Source of the DNA: Lama guanicoe
Lineage: Eukaryota
DNA: 62,964 nucleotides
Direction: 5' to 3'
Assembly: GCA_013239625.1 (NCBI GenBank)
Contig: MU053810.1
Location: 5,736,071 to 5,799,034, forward strand
Of this stretch, positions 25,240 to 38,332 are shown one piece after another. The translations under genes were made by a program, and so were the position numbers. The notes beneath the pieces were generated by a model that was not told the origin of the DNA, made no database searches, and worked only from the letters and a program-made list of their open reading frames with translations. How positions within the stretch are numbered: position 1 is the stretch's first letter; the number at the start of each line of letters is the position of its first letter.

Positions 25240-25716
25240 GATTTTTGTGTGTGTGGTAAAGTATACACAAAATTTACCATTTTAACCATTTTTAAGTATA
25301 CAGTTTGGTGCCATTAAGTACACCCACACAACCACTTGTACAGCCATCACCATTATCCATCTCTTGAGTTTTTTCATCAACCCAAACTGAAACTCTGTAC
25401 CCATTAAACACAAACTCCCTGTTCTCTGGTCCCTCCAGCCTCTGGCAACCTCTATTGTACTTTGTCTCTATGAATTTGCCTGTTCTAGTTACCTTCTATA
25501 AACAGAATCATACAATATTTGGTCCTTTTCTGTCTGGCTTATATCACTTAGCATGATGTTTTCAAAGTTCATCCATGTAGCATGTATCAGAATTTCATTC
25601 CTTTTTAAGGCTGCGTAATATTCTGTGGTACGTATACACATTTTGCTTATCCATTCACTGGATACCTGGGTTTTTCCCCACATTTTGGTGATGGTGAATA
25701 ATGCTGCTAAGAACAC
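25240..25716 (-). mobile_element. L1MB-like 3' end
   Basis: Minus-strand peptide MFLAALFTITK...EYYAALKRNEILIHATWMNFENIMLSDISQTEK, the L1 ORF2 terminus. Confidence 0.85.
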
Positions 25717-25786
25717 TGCTCTCAGTCTTTAAGACATCAAACTACTGAAGGTCTACTTTCTTGCAGAGAAAAGTATCCTCACATAC

Positions 25787-25935
25787 CACAGTAAAGAGTT
25801 TTCGCTGCAATGGCTGATATGATGTCACTTCCTTCAAAGTCCAAGTACAAGCCATGTTTGGTCGCTGTCCCATTCCACTGCAGGGAGCGTCAAGGAGAAT
25901 TCGGTCAAAAGATTCCGGTAAGAATGGAGGTTCTC
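25787..25935 (-). CDS. NSUN6: NSUN6 coding exon 9 (DAPCSG motif IV)
   Basis: Encodes (G)EPPFLPESFDRILLDAPCSGMGQRPNMACTWTLKEVTSYQPLQRKLFTV; 149 nt; tag acceptor and gtatgt donor. Confidence 0.96.
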
Positions 25936-27217
25936 CTATAAAGAGAATTATAAACTTACTTACTATCTGCCCTATTAGAACAGAAAACTCCCAAGATAGA
26001 TACAATTAGCAGGAATTTAAAATCATAACCTAGAATGGAAAGTAATGAAAAACTGTTCCTTCCTTCAATCAAGTTTCTGGTTGAGCTAGCAGACTTACAT
26101 GTAAAAAGGTTACAGATATGATTATTCTGGGATTACTGACACAGCAGTGCAAGCCAAGGCCTAATCAAAGGAGACTGGTCCTCTGATTGTCAGAAGCCAC
26201 AATCCATCAGAGCTGGGACCTGGAATTAAGTATAGTCATTCTCAGAGCTGATACTTTTCTTAGTAATTCCTACTGCCAACAGCGCCAGAAAAAGAAAGTA
26301 TACATTTTAGGTTCTAGTCAAACATACTGATTCTACGGTACCTCAGTCTCCGTGCTTCTAGAACGAGTCTGTATCCCCCCGAATCCAATCTTCCACAGAT
26401 TTCCCTATGTACCCACTTAAATAGCTTTCTCCACTCCAACCTCTGATCTATTTAGTGTTACTGGAGAAAGTCATGAAACCACACACGTCTGCTTATATAT
26501 TTATGCTATTTCCAACTCTAGGCAGGGTATTATTGTGGACTGCTTTATGCAAAGCTAGCTGACTGCCTAAGTATCCACTGCAACAGTCCGAGTCTCACCC
26601 CACGATAACCTTCTGCTTGTCTCTCACTGCACAGCAGTGAGACACAAGCTCTTATCAGTTTAGCGCATCTCCATCTATCACCATCCTTGCTTTCTTATCT
26701 ACTGTCTCCAAAGACGTATCTTTTCAAATAAGCGAGTATTTTTAAGGTTTTTAATACATACTGATAAAATCCTCTTAGAAAGACTATGCCAATTCACAAT
26801 TCCATTATCACGAGTGGATTTTCCCCAAAATCCTCATCAAAGTTGTTAATTATGTTATTGGCCATTTGGATTTTTTTTCTTTATATGCTCATATTCTTTG
26901 TCTTTGCTGTTTTTCTACTGAGACTTCTTTTTCTCACTGATTGGAAGAGCTCTGTGTGTATTAGGGATATTAATCTCTTCTTTCTTAAGTATTTTACAAT
27001 TATTTCCCACAATTTGCTTCCTGCCATAGTTTTTTCTCTTCTTACATACATAATTGTGGAGCATTACACTCATCTTTTTCCTTGTTGAGGTCTATCCTTG
27101 CTTTCACGCTTTAAAATCATCCTCATTGTTAAACCAAATAAACGTTCAGCTTATATCTGCTTCTAGTCATTTTCCCAGTTTAATTCTTTTCTTCACCATT
27201 TGCTGAACTCTGATCCA

Positions 27218-27354
27218 TTTTTTTTTTTGAAGGGAGAAGTAATTAGGTTTGTTTATTTAGTTATTATTTATTTAATGGAGGTACTGGGGATTGAACCTAG
27301 GACCTCGTGCATGCTAATAAGCACATGCTCTACCACTTGAGCTATACCCTCCCC
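27218..27354 (-). mobile_element. tRNA-derived camelid SINE (Vic-1-like)
   Basis: Minus strand reads GGGGAGGGTATAGCTCAAGTGGTAGAGCATGTGC...GCATGCACGAGGTCCTAGGTTCAATCCCCAGTACCTCC (A and B boxes), then an AT-rich tail; TSD 27172-27188 / 27355-27371. Confidence 0.88.
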
Positions 27355-28010
27355 TTCCCAGTCTAATTCTTGACAGTAAACTTTAATCCATCCTGAAGTT
27401 AATTCTGCATACAATCCTTTTCCCTACCCTCCAAAATAAAAAATCATCTTAGAGCTACTTGCTGCCTGATTTACTCTTTCCTCTAGATTTGAGATACTAA
27501 TTTCTCATATACTAAACTCTTGCACACGTCTGAAGTTATTTTAGGGATCACCCATTCTGCTCCAACTATGCTAGTTATTAAGCTCTATTTTCCTGAGCTC
27601 CAAACCTACCTTTCTCTACGCTGTTGTGTGATGCTGAGGTGAGAACTCTGTGAACTACAATTCTCCTTTGCCTGCTGACTTCAAGATTCACCAACAGGAA
27701 GGAGAGAAGTGATGAGACTGGGGAGAGGAGGATAAACAAGAGAGGGAGAGAACAGGACCTGATCCTTCCCAACGGCTTGTCTCTGTCAAAACAATCCCAG
27801 GAACAGCCCTTTGCCTTCACAGCTGCAGTTTCCAGCTTCTTCCCTTAAGTATCAGTGTGAAGTGGGCATGGTCTATCCCTCAATTCAATTAAAGTGTTAA
27901 TCCCAGCTACACTTCAATAAAAAATTAAATTTAAAAAAAAGACTTAAGGTAGCAAAATCTGACTGTTTATAAATCCCAATTATAGAAGCCTAAGATAAAA
28001 TTTAACTCAC

Positions 28011-28155
28011 CTTCTGTGTCCTTGACCACATCAAGTTTAAGGGCCTTTGTTCCATCAAAGCAAAATGCCCTGATGGAATTCAGCCCCAACAGTAACGCAT
28101 TCTGCTTTATTTTTTCTACTTTGTTGGATATTTTATCCAGCGCAATCACTTCTCC
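28011..28155 (-). CDS. NSUN6: NSUN6 coding exon 8
   Basis: Encodes GEVIALDKISNKVEKIKQNALLLGLNSIRAFCFDGTKALKLDVVKDTE(G); 145 nt; tttag acceptor and gtgagt donor. Confidence 0.96.
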
Positions 28156-30201
28156 CTAAAAAAAAAATAAAATAAAATAAAACAAGAACATAAAGAAGTG
28201 TAAATCCAAAGCAATCATGAAAATTATTAATAAGGAGAAAAACTGATGAACAATTACAGTCTTCCCCACTTTCCTCCTACCACCAGTTTTACAGCTAAAT
28301 TCATCATCAAAATGTGTATCAAATTTACATCCAATACTTATTATTCCTTCCTTTTAAAGAACACAATCTTGTCAGATAATTAAGTTTCTTATAATGCTCA
28401 TCTACTTTTAATCAATAAAACCCAAAACCAAGAGTAGCATTTGCAATCTTCTACAGAAACTTAAAAATGTCCATTTGTGATAAATATTAAAAATCACCAA
28501 CTTGGTGTGCCTTGCTCACCTCTGAAAGAGCAGGAACTAATGTTCTAAGACATTTGCCTTCTAGTCCTTTGAGCTACAGATGAATGTCACCTGTAAAATC
28601 AATCTTCAACCCAATATCTTCTGAGCTATAATCACGTAACAAAATTCATGTGAATTCTGACAACCAAAGACAGAAAAGCGTAAGCCTGTATTATCACAGC
28701 AAAATGTTCTGGACTGGGATAAAAAGTAGTTCAAAAATAATTCTATATGGTAACACTCTGGTTACGTCAAAATCAATAGACAAGAGGCTTCCCTTTCATG
28801 AATGAGCTGTGACATTCATATGATATTTCAAAGCGTACTGTGAAACAGTACCAGGGAAACGGTGACACATAAAGCCTTCAATGTATTTTTGTTTCTTTTG
28901 TTCCTCCTTGTATGATACATGCATGGACTGCATAGACTACAGTACTGAAAATGTGCTGATTACGGTCCTAAATGTGGCACCAGGCTTAGCCGTCGTCATA
29001 GATCCAATGAATACCTTGACAAACAGGAAAACTGTTTCAAGTGAGCTGAACTGGAAAAGCAGGCAAAAAACCACCAGAATAAGGTTCAAATGTACCACAG
29101 TGAAGTGGAAACTGCCCTGGCTGAAGGCTGCTTTTACAAAAGTTCAAGACTGGAGGCTACACTGATACAAAATTTGCTTAATATAAAAAAACAAACCAAA
29201 GCAGTAACAAAATCTGGGATTCAGTTCTGGCTCAGGGTCTGTGTCGCTGGCCCACAGGGAGACTGCCTAAATGGCTCCAATTCTGCACCCAACCGTGTGT
29301 ACCACTCACCCCGTGACACCTGGTTGTTCCGAGTCGGGCTCGGCCATGTGATTTGCATTGGCCAGGGGGGTGACAGCGAGCAGCGCCTCAACAGCCGGGC
29401 TGCCTCTGCTTTGTCCCCTGCCACCAGCGACCCTCAGCTATTGCCTGCTGCTGGGCACATGCTCTGGTCCTCGCAGAAGGATAGGGGACACACAGACCAG
29501 AGGCAGGGCCCACCAGTGGCCTCCACTGAAGCCATTAAGTAAGCCAGCATCAGCCAAACCCAAGCAAATGAGCCACTCAAGATCATCAGAACCTCCAGCT
29601 AACCCACAGGTGACCGGGTCCTAGAGCAAGACCAGCGGGGAACCGCTGAACCGACAGACCCCGGAGCTGACCAGGTTAGCTGTACGCCACCAAGGCTTTG
29701 TGGCGGTTTTAACACAGCACCGTAAAACCAGCAGAAAATGCACACACCTACAACATCCAGCCTCCCTTGGGAAAGACTTTTTCTCTTGGTAGAGAGAATA
29801 AAATGCCTATGAACAAACACTTTTAAGCAAACACAATCAATACCACACCATAAATTAAGGCAGATAATTATCCCTTCCTCAAAGCATATAATCTTCACAT
29901 TTTAACTTCCAGGAAAACTGAAAAATGGTTTGCATTAAACACCACAACTTCATAAAATGAACCCTTTTATTTTGTATTTTTCACTTTACACACTGGTGGT
30001 GTTAAATGCATTTATCCTTAAAGAGTTTCTACTATTATCACCTTAAACTCTTTTTGGACAAAGAAGAGTCATATAAGTTAACAGGCAAGTGTGTCTCCTC
30101 TAATGAACCCTGAGTATCAATTCCACAAAATTTAAACAAAAAATATCTTTTTCTTTCTTAAATCTAAGGCCACCTATAAGGTCATACTAGTGCTACTGCA
30201 A

Positions 30202-30222
30202 GTGTGTGTGTGTGTGTGTGTA
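30202..30222. repeat. (GT)n microsatellite
   Basis: gtgtgtgtgtgtgtgtgtgt. Confidence 0.9.
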
Positions 30223-31122
30223 TGCAGCACACAGTGTGTACACACACACAGAGTACACATATATAGTACTTCATATAGATGGTGTGTGTATTCTATACAT
30301 GTATTTACACACACATTGTGCAGAGATGGTAGGCTTAGACCTTCAACGTATTTACTGAAAATATAAATTTTTAGACTTATGCATTCTTATCGTTTGTGAC
30401 ATTGTGAATGTTTCAGAAATTCTAATAGCTAAACACTAATGTGTAAGTAATGACAATTTTCATCAGAAGTCTTTGGATAATTAAAATGATCTGCACTCAT
30501 GAAGGGGAAAAGCTACAATCCCATCCTTGACACAGTAAGAGTTCCTACCGCCTTCTGTACAAGACTGCTTGTAAACCCCTGGATGGTAAATACCTAAGAA
30601 TCATCAAACATCGATCAAAAATGTATCCCCTGATCAAGTCCAAAATCTGGCACTTTTAAGAGTAGGAAATAGTGTATCTTCTATCAAGTAAATTAGCTAG
30701 AGAAGGGCTTTTGCTAAATTAGCCTCATGGAAGTGTATTTCCAAGCCAGAAAGTCCTACCTCAAGTATGCAAATTTTTCCTTACTTAGAAATTAGTGCTT
30801 GAAGACAACTGCTGAGTTTCCTTGGCCCACAGGAATTTTCACTGCTGTATAAACCTGAGCTAATTTAAAGAAGTGACAGTAGATCCACAGCCCGCACTGT
30901 TCTCACGTCCTTGCTGGTCTCCTCACCCGGCTTAGAGGCCACAGCACGTTATACGCACTCCCTTAATGCACATCCTCAACGTGCACGCTTGTTTCCCACA
31001 CCCGCACACAGAAACGCAGCTGTGGTTAAACCTCATTCTTTGCCTACTCCATGTCTATCCCATGCAGCCAAAAGGCGCGTCACTATGCCAACTAACCTGA
31101 CTTTAAATCCATGACCACTGTG

Positions 31123-31222
31123 CCTGGGACACTGTGCTGTACACCAGGAACTGACACATTGTAACTGACGGTACTTCAATTAAAAACATAAAAAAATAAA
31201 AATAAATTTAAAAAATAAAGAA
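31123..31222 (+). mobile_element. 5'-truncated young L1 tail with TSD
   Basis: ctgtgctgtacaccaggaactgacacattgtaactgacggtacttcaatt plus A-tail; TSD TAAATCCATGACCACTGTG (31104-31122) / TAAATTCATGACCACTGTG (31223-31241). Confidence 0.88.
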
Positions 31223-31239
31223 TAAATTCATGACCACTG

Positions 31240-32700
31240 TGTTCATGGGGCCCTCCTTGCAAAACAGAATTAAGACATACCCATAGCCCGTTCTCACTCC
31301 CATGATCCTAGATGAATACTTCATACCTTCTCCAAACTCTTACCGCCTCCTCCTCATCCCTGTTCTCACCTGATGACCTTGCTTCCTGTTTCAGAGGAAG
31401 TGAGGACAACCAGAGGACTCCCAGTCTTTTACACAGCTACCAGCCCAACACTTGTACCCAGGTCCTCGGCCTCCCCGCCTGTTTCCATGGATAAACTGTC
31501 TCTTGCTACCACCTGAGCCACTTGAGCATCAACTCCTGTCCCACTTCACCTACTCAAAGATACTGTTCCAGCAATTTTCCCGTTCCATCTGGTGTTACCA
31601 ATTACCCCTTTTAATCTATCTTTTCTATTAGCATACACTGTTATTTCACTCATCTTAACAAAAGATGAGTTCACCCTCCCACTGAGGACCCATTTCTCTG
31701 CTCTCTGGTACAAACGTCTCCTGACCCTGCAAAGGAGCTGTTCCAATTCGCTTCCTCTGATTCCCCTCATCTTCCATCCAAGCAAGCGTGTCCACTCCCT
31801 GCAACTGCTCACGACAGGGTCCCCCACCACCCACCAGGTGCTGAGTCCACGGGGAGCTCTCAGTCCTCCCCTCGCACGGCCCGGCAGCCACACTTCCCCC
31901 CGCTGCTCTCCCCGACTTCCTCAAGCCCTTTCCTCACGGGGCTCCCCGGCTCTCAGGCTGCTCTGGTTTCCTCCAACGCCCCCGGCCGGCCCTTCTCTGT
32001 CCCAGCCCCTGAGTGCTGGCACACAGCACCCCTGAGGCTCAGTCTTCTGGCCCCTACTACCTTCTGCTGCCGCCCCCATCAGCCTTAGGGCTTTATGTAT
32101 TCTCTACAAGTTGGTAACTTCCAAACTGCCATTTCCAACCCAGACCTCCCTCCTGTATGCCAGACTCAAATACCCAATTGCCTCTCACAGTCATCTCTTG
32201 GAAGTCTAACAGGACTTCACGTTACTATATCTACAACTCAATTTCTGATTATTCCCTGTAAAACTTGCTCTTCCCAATAGTCATCCCTATCCAGCAAGTC
32301 CATCTTTCCAGTTCCTCTGGCCAAAAACCCAATAATTCTCTCATTTTCACAACCCACATCCAATCTATCAACAAGTCCTAACAGCTCCAACTTAAGAACA
32401 CATCCAGAATCTGACCAACTTCTTACCACCTCCACGACTCTCCCCTGAATTACCGTCTAAGTGTCTCTGCTCCTGCCCTTGCCCTCTGACAGCCTGTTTT
32501 CAAAGCTGCAGGCAAGGCAAGTAGGGAGGCGGCTTACATCACTCTTCTGCCCAAAACACGCAGTGACTTCCCATCACTGGAGTAAAGGCGAAGTCCTATC
32601 AGGCCCTGCAAAACAGCTCCACGTGAACATCCTGCCCCCATCCCCACTACTCTGATCTCTTTCCCTCCTACTTTCCTCCTCACTTAGTCTAGTCCTACAG
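31240..32700 (+). mobile_element. L2 LINE relic
   Basis: Pyrimidine-rich L2-type text (gatgaccttgcttcc..., ccagacctccctcct...gccagactc..., cccacatccaatctatcaacaagtcc...catccagaatctgaccaacttct). Confidence 0.7.
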
Positions 32701-32999
32701 AATGATGGAGCTTCTCAAACATCTGATTCAGTGTTCACTCTGAGTATATTTTACACCCAACTCTAACAAGAAGGGTATTATAAATTAAGCCATTGACACT
32801 GCAAATCTGATCACTTGATTAGGCTGAGGTGGAATGGAGTAACTTCTAATAGAACGTAGAGAAACAAGCATTCAGAGCACATAATTCTGGTCTAAAAATG
32901 GATTTATCCTTAACTGGTCAATAACAGCACCAAAAGGAAGCAATTCTGGCACCTCCACTGAAAGCACATCCCTCTTCCCAGCACACCGCAGGCCACTCA

Positions 33000-33239
<240 letters not shown>

Positions 33240-34556
33240 CTACAGCGGGGGGAAAACAGCAATCAATTATCACAATCAATTATCAACAACACATCATTTT
33301 AAATTTCAGAATCAGAGAACATAAAGAAACCTTTAGTAGGTAATCCAGTACAGCACCCTCTGCCAAGAGTGTTTTTTCTAAATATACTAGTGTCAGGAAA
33401 TTCACAATTTCCTAGGGCAACCTGTGATCCCATGGGACATTCACACATGCATGACACATTTCCCCAATCAATTTGGCAGGAAAAAAAAGCATATTGTCCT
33501 GTCTTATTTCAGTGGTTCTCAATATTTAGGAGGTCAGAGACTTCAGAAATATGAGAAAACTTTCAATCTTTCTCCGAGAAAATCTAAAAAATTTTGTAAT
33601 TGCAGGTGCTTCACCATCTAATTCCCCTTTAAAAATCCTCATTTGGGGCTGTTAATGCCACTAAAAGTGCATTTGGGTTCCTAGCTCCTATCACTTCCAC
33701 ACTCTAGTAGGAGAAAAGCAGAATGTGGAAAAAAATTTAGCTATTTCTGATTGGCACCTAGAAATATATTCTAAGATTATACAATCCATCTATAGCAGTA
33801 AGTTTTATTAACTCATTAATTCATTATTAGTATTAATTGTATAAGAACTGCTACTATAGGATGGCAGTCAGCCTTAAGTAAGACAGAATACCACCACAAA
33901 GTAATTCATTTTTTTAATTACTTGGCAAGAAAAAAAAGGCTCACAAGCATAGGATTATTTATTTTTTAAGTTTAAAAGTTTCAATGCACTCTCACACCAG
34001 AACACTTTATGTCCATTATTAGCATGGACTCAAGAACTGGGAGGAGGTTACAGGGATTTCAAGTGAACCCAAGCTCACCACCTCAGAACAGAACATCAAC
34101 GGTGAGAATGGAGATACCAGTGAGCAAGTTCTCCCCTCCCTGCGCATCAATGAAGCATTAAAGTCAGAGCAAGTGATTCCAGCACCTGAGGAGCAGGCCC
34201 TCCACACTGTGCATGAAAAAAAGCCCAGCCTGTTACAGGTACTTTTTCTCAACAGTCTAATTTATTCCAAAAATATTTAAAAATTGAACTCCAATATAAA
34301 AACACTAAAACACATATGTGGCTACTGGAGATTCAGTGATTCTTTACCTAGAGTCAATGGCCATCCCACACTCCTAATAGAGATAACATTAATGCAGTGG
34401 CCAAAGAGGACAAATTTCCAATCAAATGTAAGACACTGAGAACCTGGTGATTATGCAATAAGTTGAAATCATGTAATAGCCCAAGTGGAAAGGCTTCCTT
34501 AAATATTTAAATGATGACAAAGTTCTCCTAGTACAGTTTAGTCTACTACCTTTCTC

Positions 34557-34900
34557 TACAGTATTTCTCAATCCAGGCTACATGACAGAATCACCTGGTG
34601 AGTTTTTGTTCGTTTTGCTTTTCTAACATGCGGTTTTTCATCTAGAACAGTTAAAGCAGAATTTCTGGCAATAGGGCCTAGGCAACAGTGCTTTTCAGAA
34701 CCCCCAGATGCTTCTGACAGTCCAGCCAGATGTGCACCACTGCAATGCTACAGTGATTCACAACCTTGGCTGCAAATTCAAATCACCTGGGAAAGCTTTT
34801 CACTATCCTGACCCAGGGCCCACCCCAGCCCATTCAGGTGGTAGGGGTCCAGGCAGCAGGATTTACTTAAGGCCCTCAGATCATCCATCCTCATCTGGCT
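34557..34900. mobile_element. MER5A-like hAT MITE fragments
   Basis: cagtatttctcaatccaggctacatgacagaatcacctgg...ccccagatgcttctgacagtccagcc; a second unit begins cagtgattcacaaccttggctgcaaattcaaatcacctggg. Confidence 0.6.
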
Positions 34901-36464
34901 CTAAAATCAATTATTTACAGAAACCAGGCAATGAGAAGATTAAGTTTCAAGCATCATTTTTGATTTCAGGTAATCTAGAATATAACTGAAAGCATCATTT
35001 AAGTGTTAAACCTTTAACTGTCAGTTATTTCAAGTGAAAGGCATCTAAGGATATTTTTGTAATTCTGTGGATTGTGTTTCAGCAATTAAAAAGTTTCCTT
35101 TCTGATTTTGAAAAACCAAATAATATTGCACAGTTACAATTTTCATGATTGTGTGCAACATTCCCATTAACTTTATAACGTGTATCCTTGTGTAACTTCA
35201 AGTGCCAAAGACAGAAAGAATTAGCACTAGCCCTTTACACCCCTCACTCCCACACAAAGTGAAGCTTTTTCATTAGCTGCTGGAAACAACGAAAAGTACT
35301 GATTTAGGGATAATGGTTTCCAGAGAAAGGCAAGGCAAGAGGCAGCAGGAAAAAAAAAACAAACAAATTTCAGGGATTTTCCCCATACAAGGTGTAAAAT
35401 TGTATGTATCTGTGAAGTACCTGCAGTGACCACATAGAATGGTCAAAGGCTAACAGCTGCCTAACTCGGCTCACAGGGTTATAGCCAGTCACCCTAGGAA
35501 CGACCTCATCTTCACAAGTTCATTGGCTACTGAACATCACTCAAGAAATGGTATCAGTGTTCTTAAGTTCTAAGCCAGTGGAGGCTTGAGATAACATACT
35601 CAAAGACTCCAGCACACCAAACTTTGAAAAAAAATGGGGGGTGGCACAGACCACTGAAGAAGAATCTATATAATCATGTATAATTATGTATTAGGTTATG
35701 TATCCTAATGTTTTACATCATCACTAATGTGGAATTAGATGATAAAAGTAATGTTTTTCTATCTGTTCACACCAGAACTCATCTTTGGATTTACAAAGTG
35801 ACTTCTGGTTACACATGAAGCAGATCAGAGAGCAAATGTCACCCACACTTAGGTTAGAGTTCAGATGCTATTAATTACCAACTGCATGACTTTGTTCAAG
35901 AAAGATCTACCAGATCTGGTCTTCAGTATCTTCATTTTACATGGGAATAATAATAAGACTAGTAACAGTAATAATGCCACCTAACCAGCAGACTGTAGTG
36001 AATCATACGAGCCAGTGTCCCTAAGAATACACACCGGCTGGACAAGGCAGAACAAAGGACCCGTCACATCACAGTCTGGTCCTAACTATCTGACCAAAAT
36101 CTGTCAGCAGCAAACCACTTGTATCTCAACTCAAAGTTAGACATGGAACACTTACATGTACAGCAAACACATGCATTATTTAGGAATTAATATTCTGAGG
36201 TGGAAAAAGCAGTAATTATAATAAGTGATTAAAGCACCGCTGGGCAAAGGAAGGGAGAAAAGGTAGTTAAAAATCGTTTGAGAAAAAGAAAAAGAGTGAT
36301 TACTAAGCTTTTTGCTACTATTTAAGCAAGCATAGCTCAGAAAATATAAAATACATGAGAGAAAACTATGTTAATAGAAATGGAAAAAACCAACCCTTAG
36401 ATTTCAAATAGTTCCACAAGTATGTTTCGGTGTCACTAAATATTTCGCTTTGACAAATACTTAC

Positions 36465-36546
36465 CTGTAAAAATAAGTAGCTGGGCAGTACATTGTCGAA
36501 TGAAGGGCTGAGATACACTGGTTCCGTCATTCTCACGCCTATCCCC
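36465..36546 (-). CDS. NSUN6: NSUN6 coding exon 6
   Basis: Encodes (K)GIGVRMTEPVYLSPSFDNVLPSYLFLQ; 82 nt; tttcag acceptor and gtaagt donor. Confidence 0.95.
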
Positions 36547-37559
36547 CTGAAAAACAGGAAATCTAACGTTACTCCATGTCAGTTACACAGTCTGTACAAA
36601 CTCCATTTCTAGGAACACACTCAAGCAGTTTGTCAAATATAAGGTGTTCCACCTTTTAAAAACCTTTTTAACTCAACACCAAAATAGAGTATTCCTGTGA
36701 ACTCTTTCTGAATTTTTACCCACGGTAAAGTAGGCCACTGGGAACACTAGGATTAAGTTACATAAATTTTTCACTTAGGCACCTCTGCATTTCTTTAGAG
36801 ATTTGAGCAGACTAAAAAGCAAAGGACTTCTGAGTCTTTATTTATAGATGCATTCTAATCTTTCCGGTAATAGATTTATGATCATTGTCATTAGCCTTTC
36901 AATTCAGTTAACATTTTGTGAAGGCTTCAGTTTGTAAGGCACTAGGCTAGGTATTTGTGTGAAAAATTAAAATGTATGTAATAATCATGCCAATATCAGG
37001 CCATGACAGACACTGCTTTCCTCTCATCTCTCTAGACAGTAACTGCTCAGTGCTGACACAGTCCTTGAGATGATGTCTGCCACCTCTGTCCCATTTATTG
37101 AGTGGCAGTGAAACTAATCAGCAGGAAAGGCCAGGACCCAGAACAGCCTGGCGGACAATGATCCACTAGGACAAACACTGCAATCTGGAGAGGCTGTCAG
37201 AGGCTCTCCCCAGGGAGAGAGAGAGTACACAGGTGTACTGTTAGAGAAAGCCATGGTAGCCAGGTGCACAGGGCCACACAGAGGGAGCAAAAACAAAGAA
37301 AAATTAACGTGGGGTTCTGGGAAGTCGAGAGGCACAGAAAAATGCGCAGTCTGATCATAAAGATGAGGATACATAATCAGGATTTAAATGAGTTACAGGA
37401 GTACAAGCAAAGAAGAGAGCCCAAGTAGGGAGAGCAAGAACAGAGTCCACAGACACAGCATGGTGGGCAAGGTCACGGCTGACGAACAGACCTCGGCAGA
37501 GAAGCCCCTACATGGGGGGGTCTGTACCCTACTTGATGTAGGCAGCTGGGCTAATTTTT

Positions 37560-38332
37560 ACTCACACTTCTGATACCAAACGTGTGGGGCTCTCTCTCAT
37601 ACCAACCAATTCTCCAACCCTCTGGACACCAACTGGGTGTCCTACAATTCAATTCAATTCAATTCTGACATGAATGGCTCGGGGTCACTGTCAGACAGCA
37701 AAGATGCAGCCCAGTAAGACCGGCCCCATCCCAGATGCCAGCTGCACATCCCAGGTCGCCACCTGTCCTTGGAGTGACTGGCTGTAAACCTGGAGGTTCC
37801 CACAACTCCTTCCTCAGATTTGGTAACTCACTAGAATGAGTCACAGAACTCAGGAACACACTTTACTTATGGTTACCAGTTTATATGAAAACAGTTCAAC
37901 TGGGGGACAGCCAAACAGAAGAGATGTACAGGGCGAGGCAGGGGAGGGGCATGGAGTTTCTATGTCCCATCCTGAGGCACCATCACTCTCCCAGCTCCCA
38001 GATGTACTCACCAACCTGCAAGCTCTCCAAGCCCCAATGTTTAGTGTTTTTTTTAAAGAGGTTTCATGACTTAGCGGATGATTAAATCATCAGCGAGTAG
38101 TGACTGGCTCAATCTCCAGCCTCCCTCTTCCCCAGAGGGCTGGGGGTGGGGCTGAAAGTTCCAACCTTCTCATCACATGGTTGGTTGCTCTAGCAAACAG
38201 CCCCCAGCCTGAAGCAATCTGGGGGATATAAAAGCACTCTTATTGCTCCTGAGATTCTAAGAGTTTTAGGGGTTGTGTGCCAGGAACCCAGGACAAAGAC
38301 CATATCACTTATGTAGTTCTTATTATGCCACA
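37560..38332 (-). mobile_element. MER21-like ERVL solo LTR
   Basis: Minus-strand start TGTGGCATAATAAGAA...GGTCTTTGTCCTGGGTTCCTGGCACA...CCTAAAACTCTTAGAAT; + strand ggacaccaactgggtgtcctacaattcaattcaattctgaca. Confidence 0.75.

Noticed and set aside
27270..27354. tRNA genes (also 42305-42380 and 50535-50610)
   Set aside because: These are tRNA-derived SINE heads with AT-rich tails and TSDs, not complete cloverleafs.
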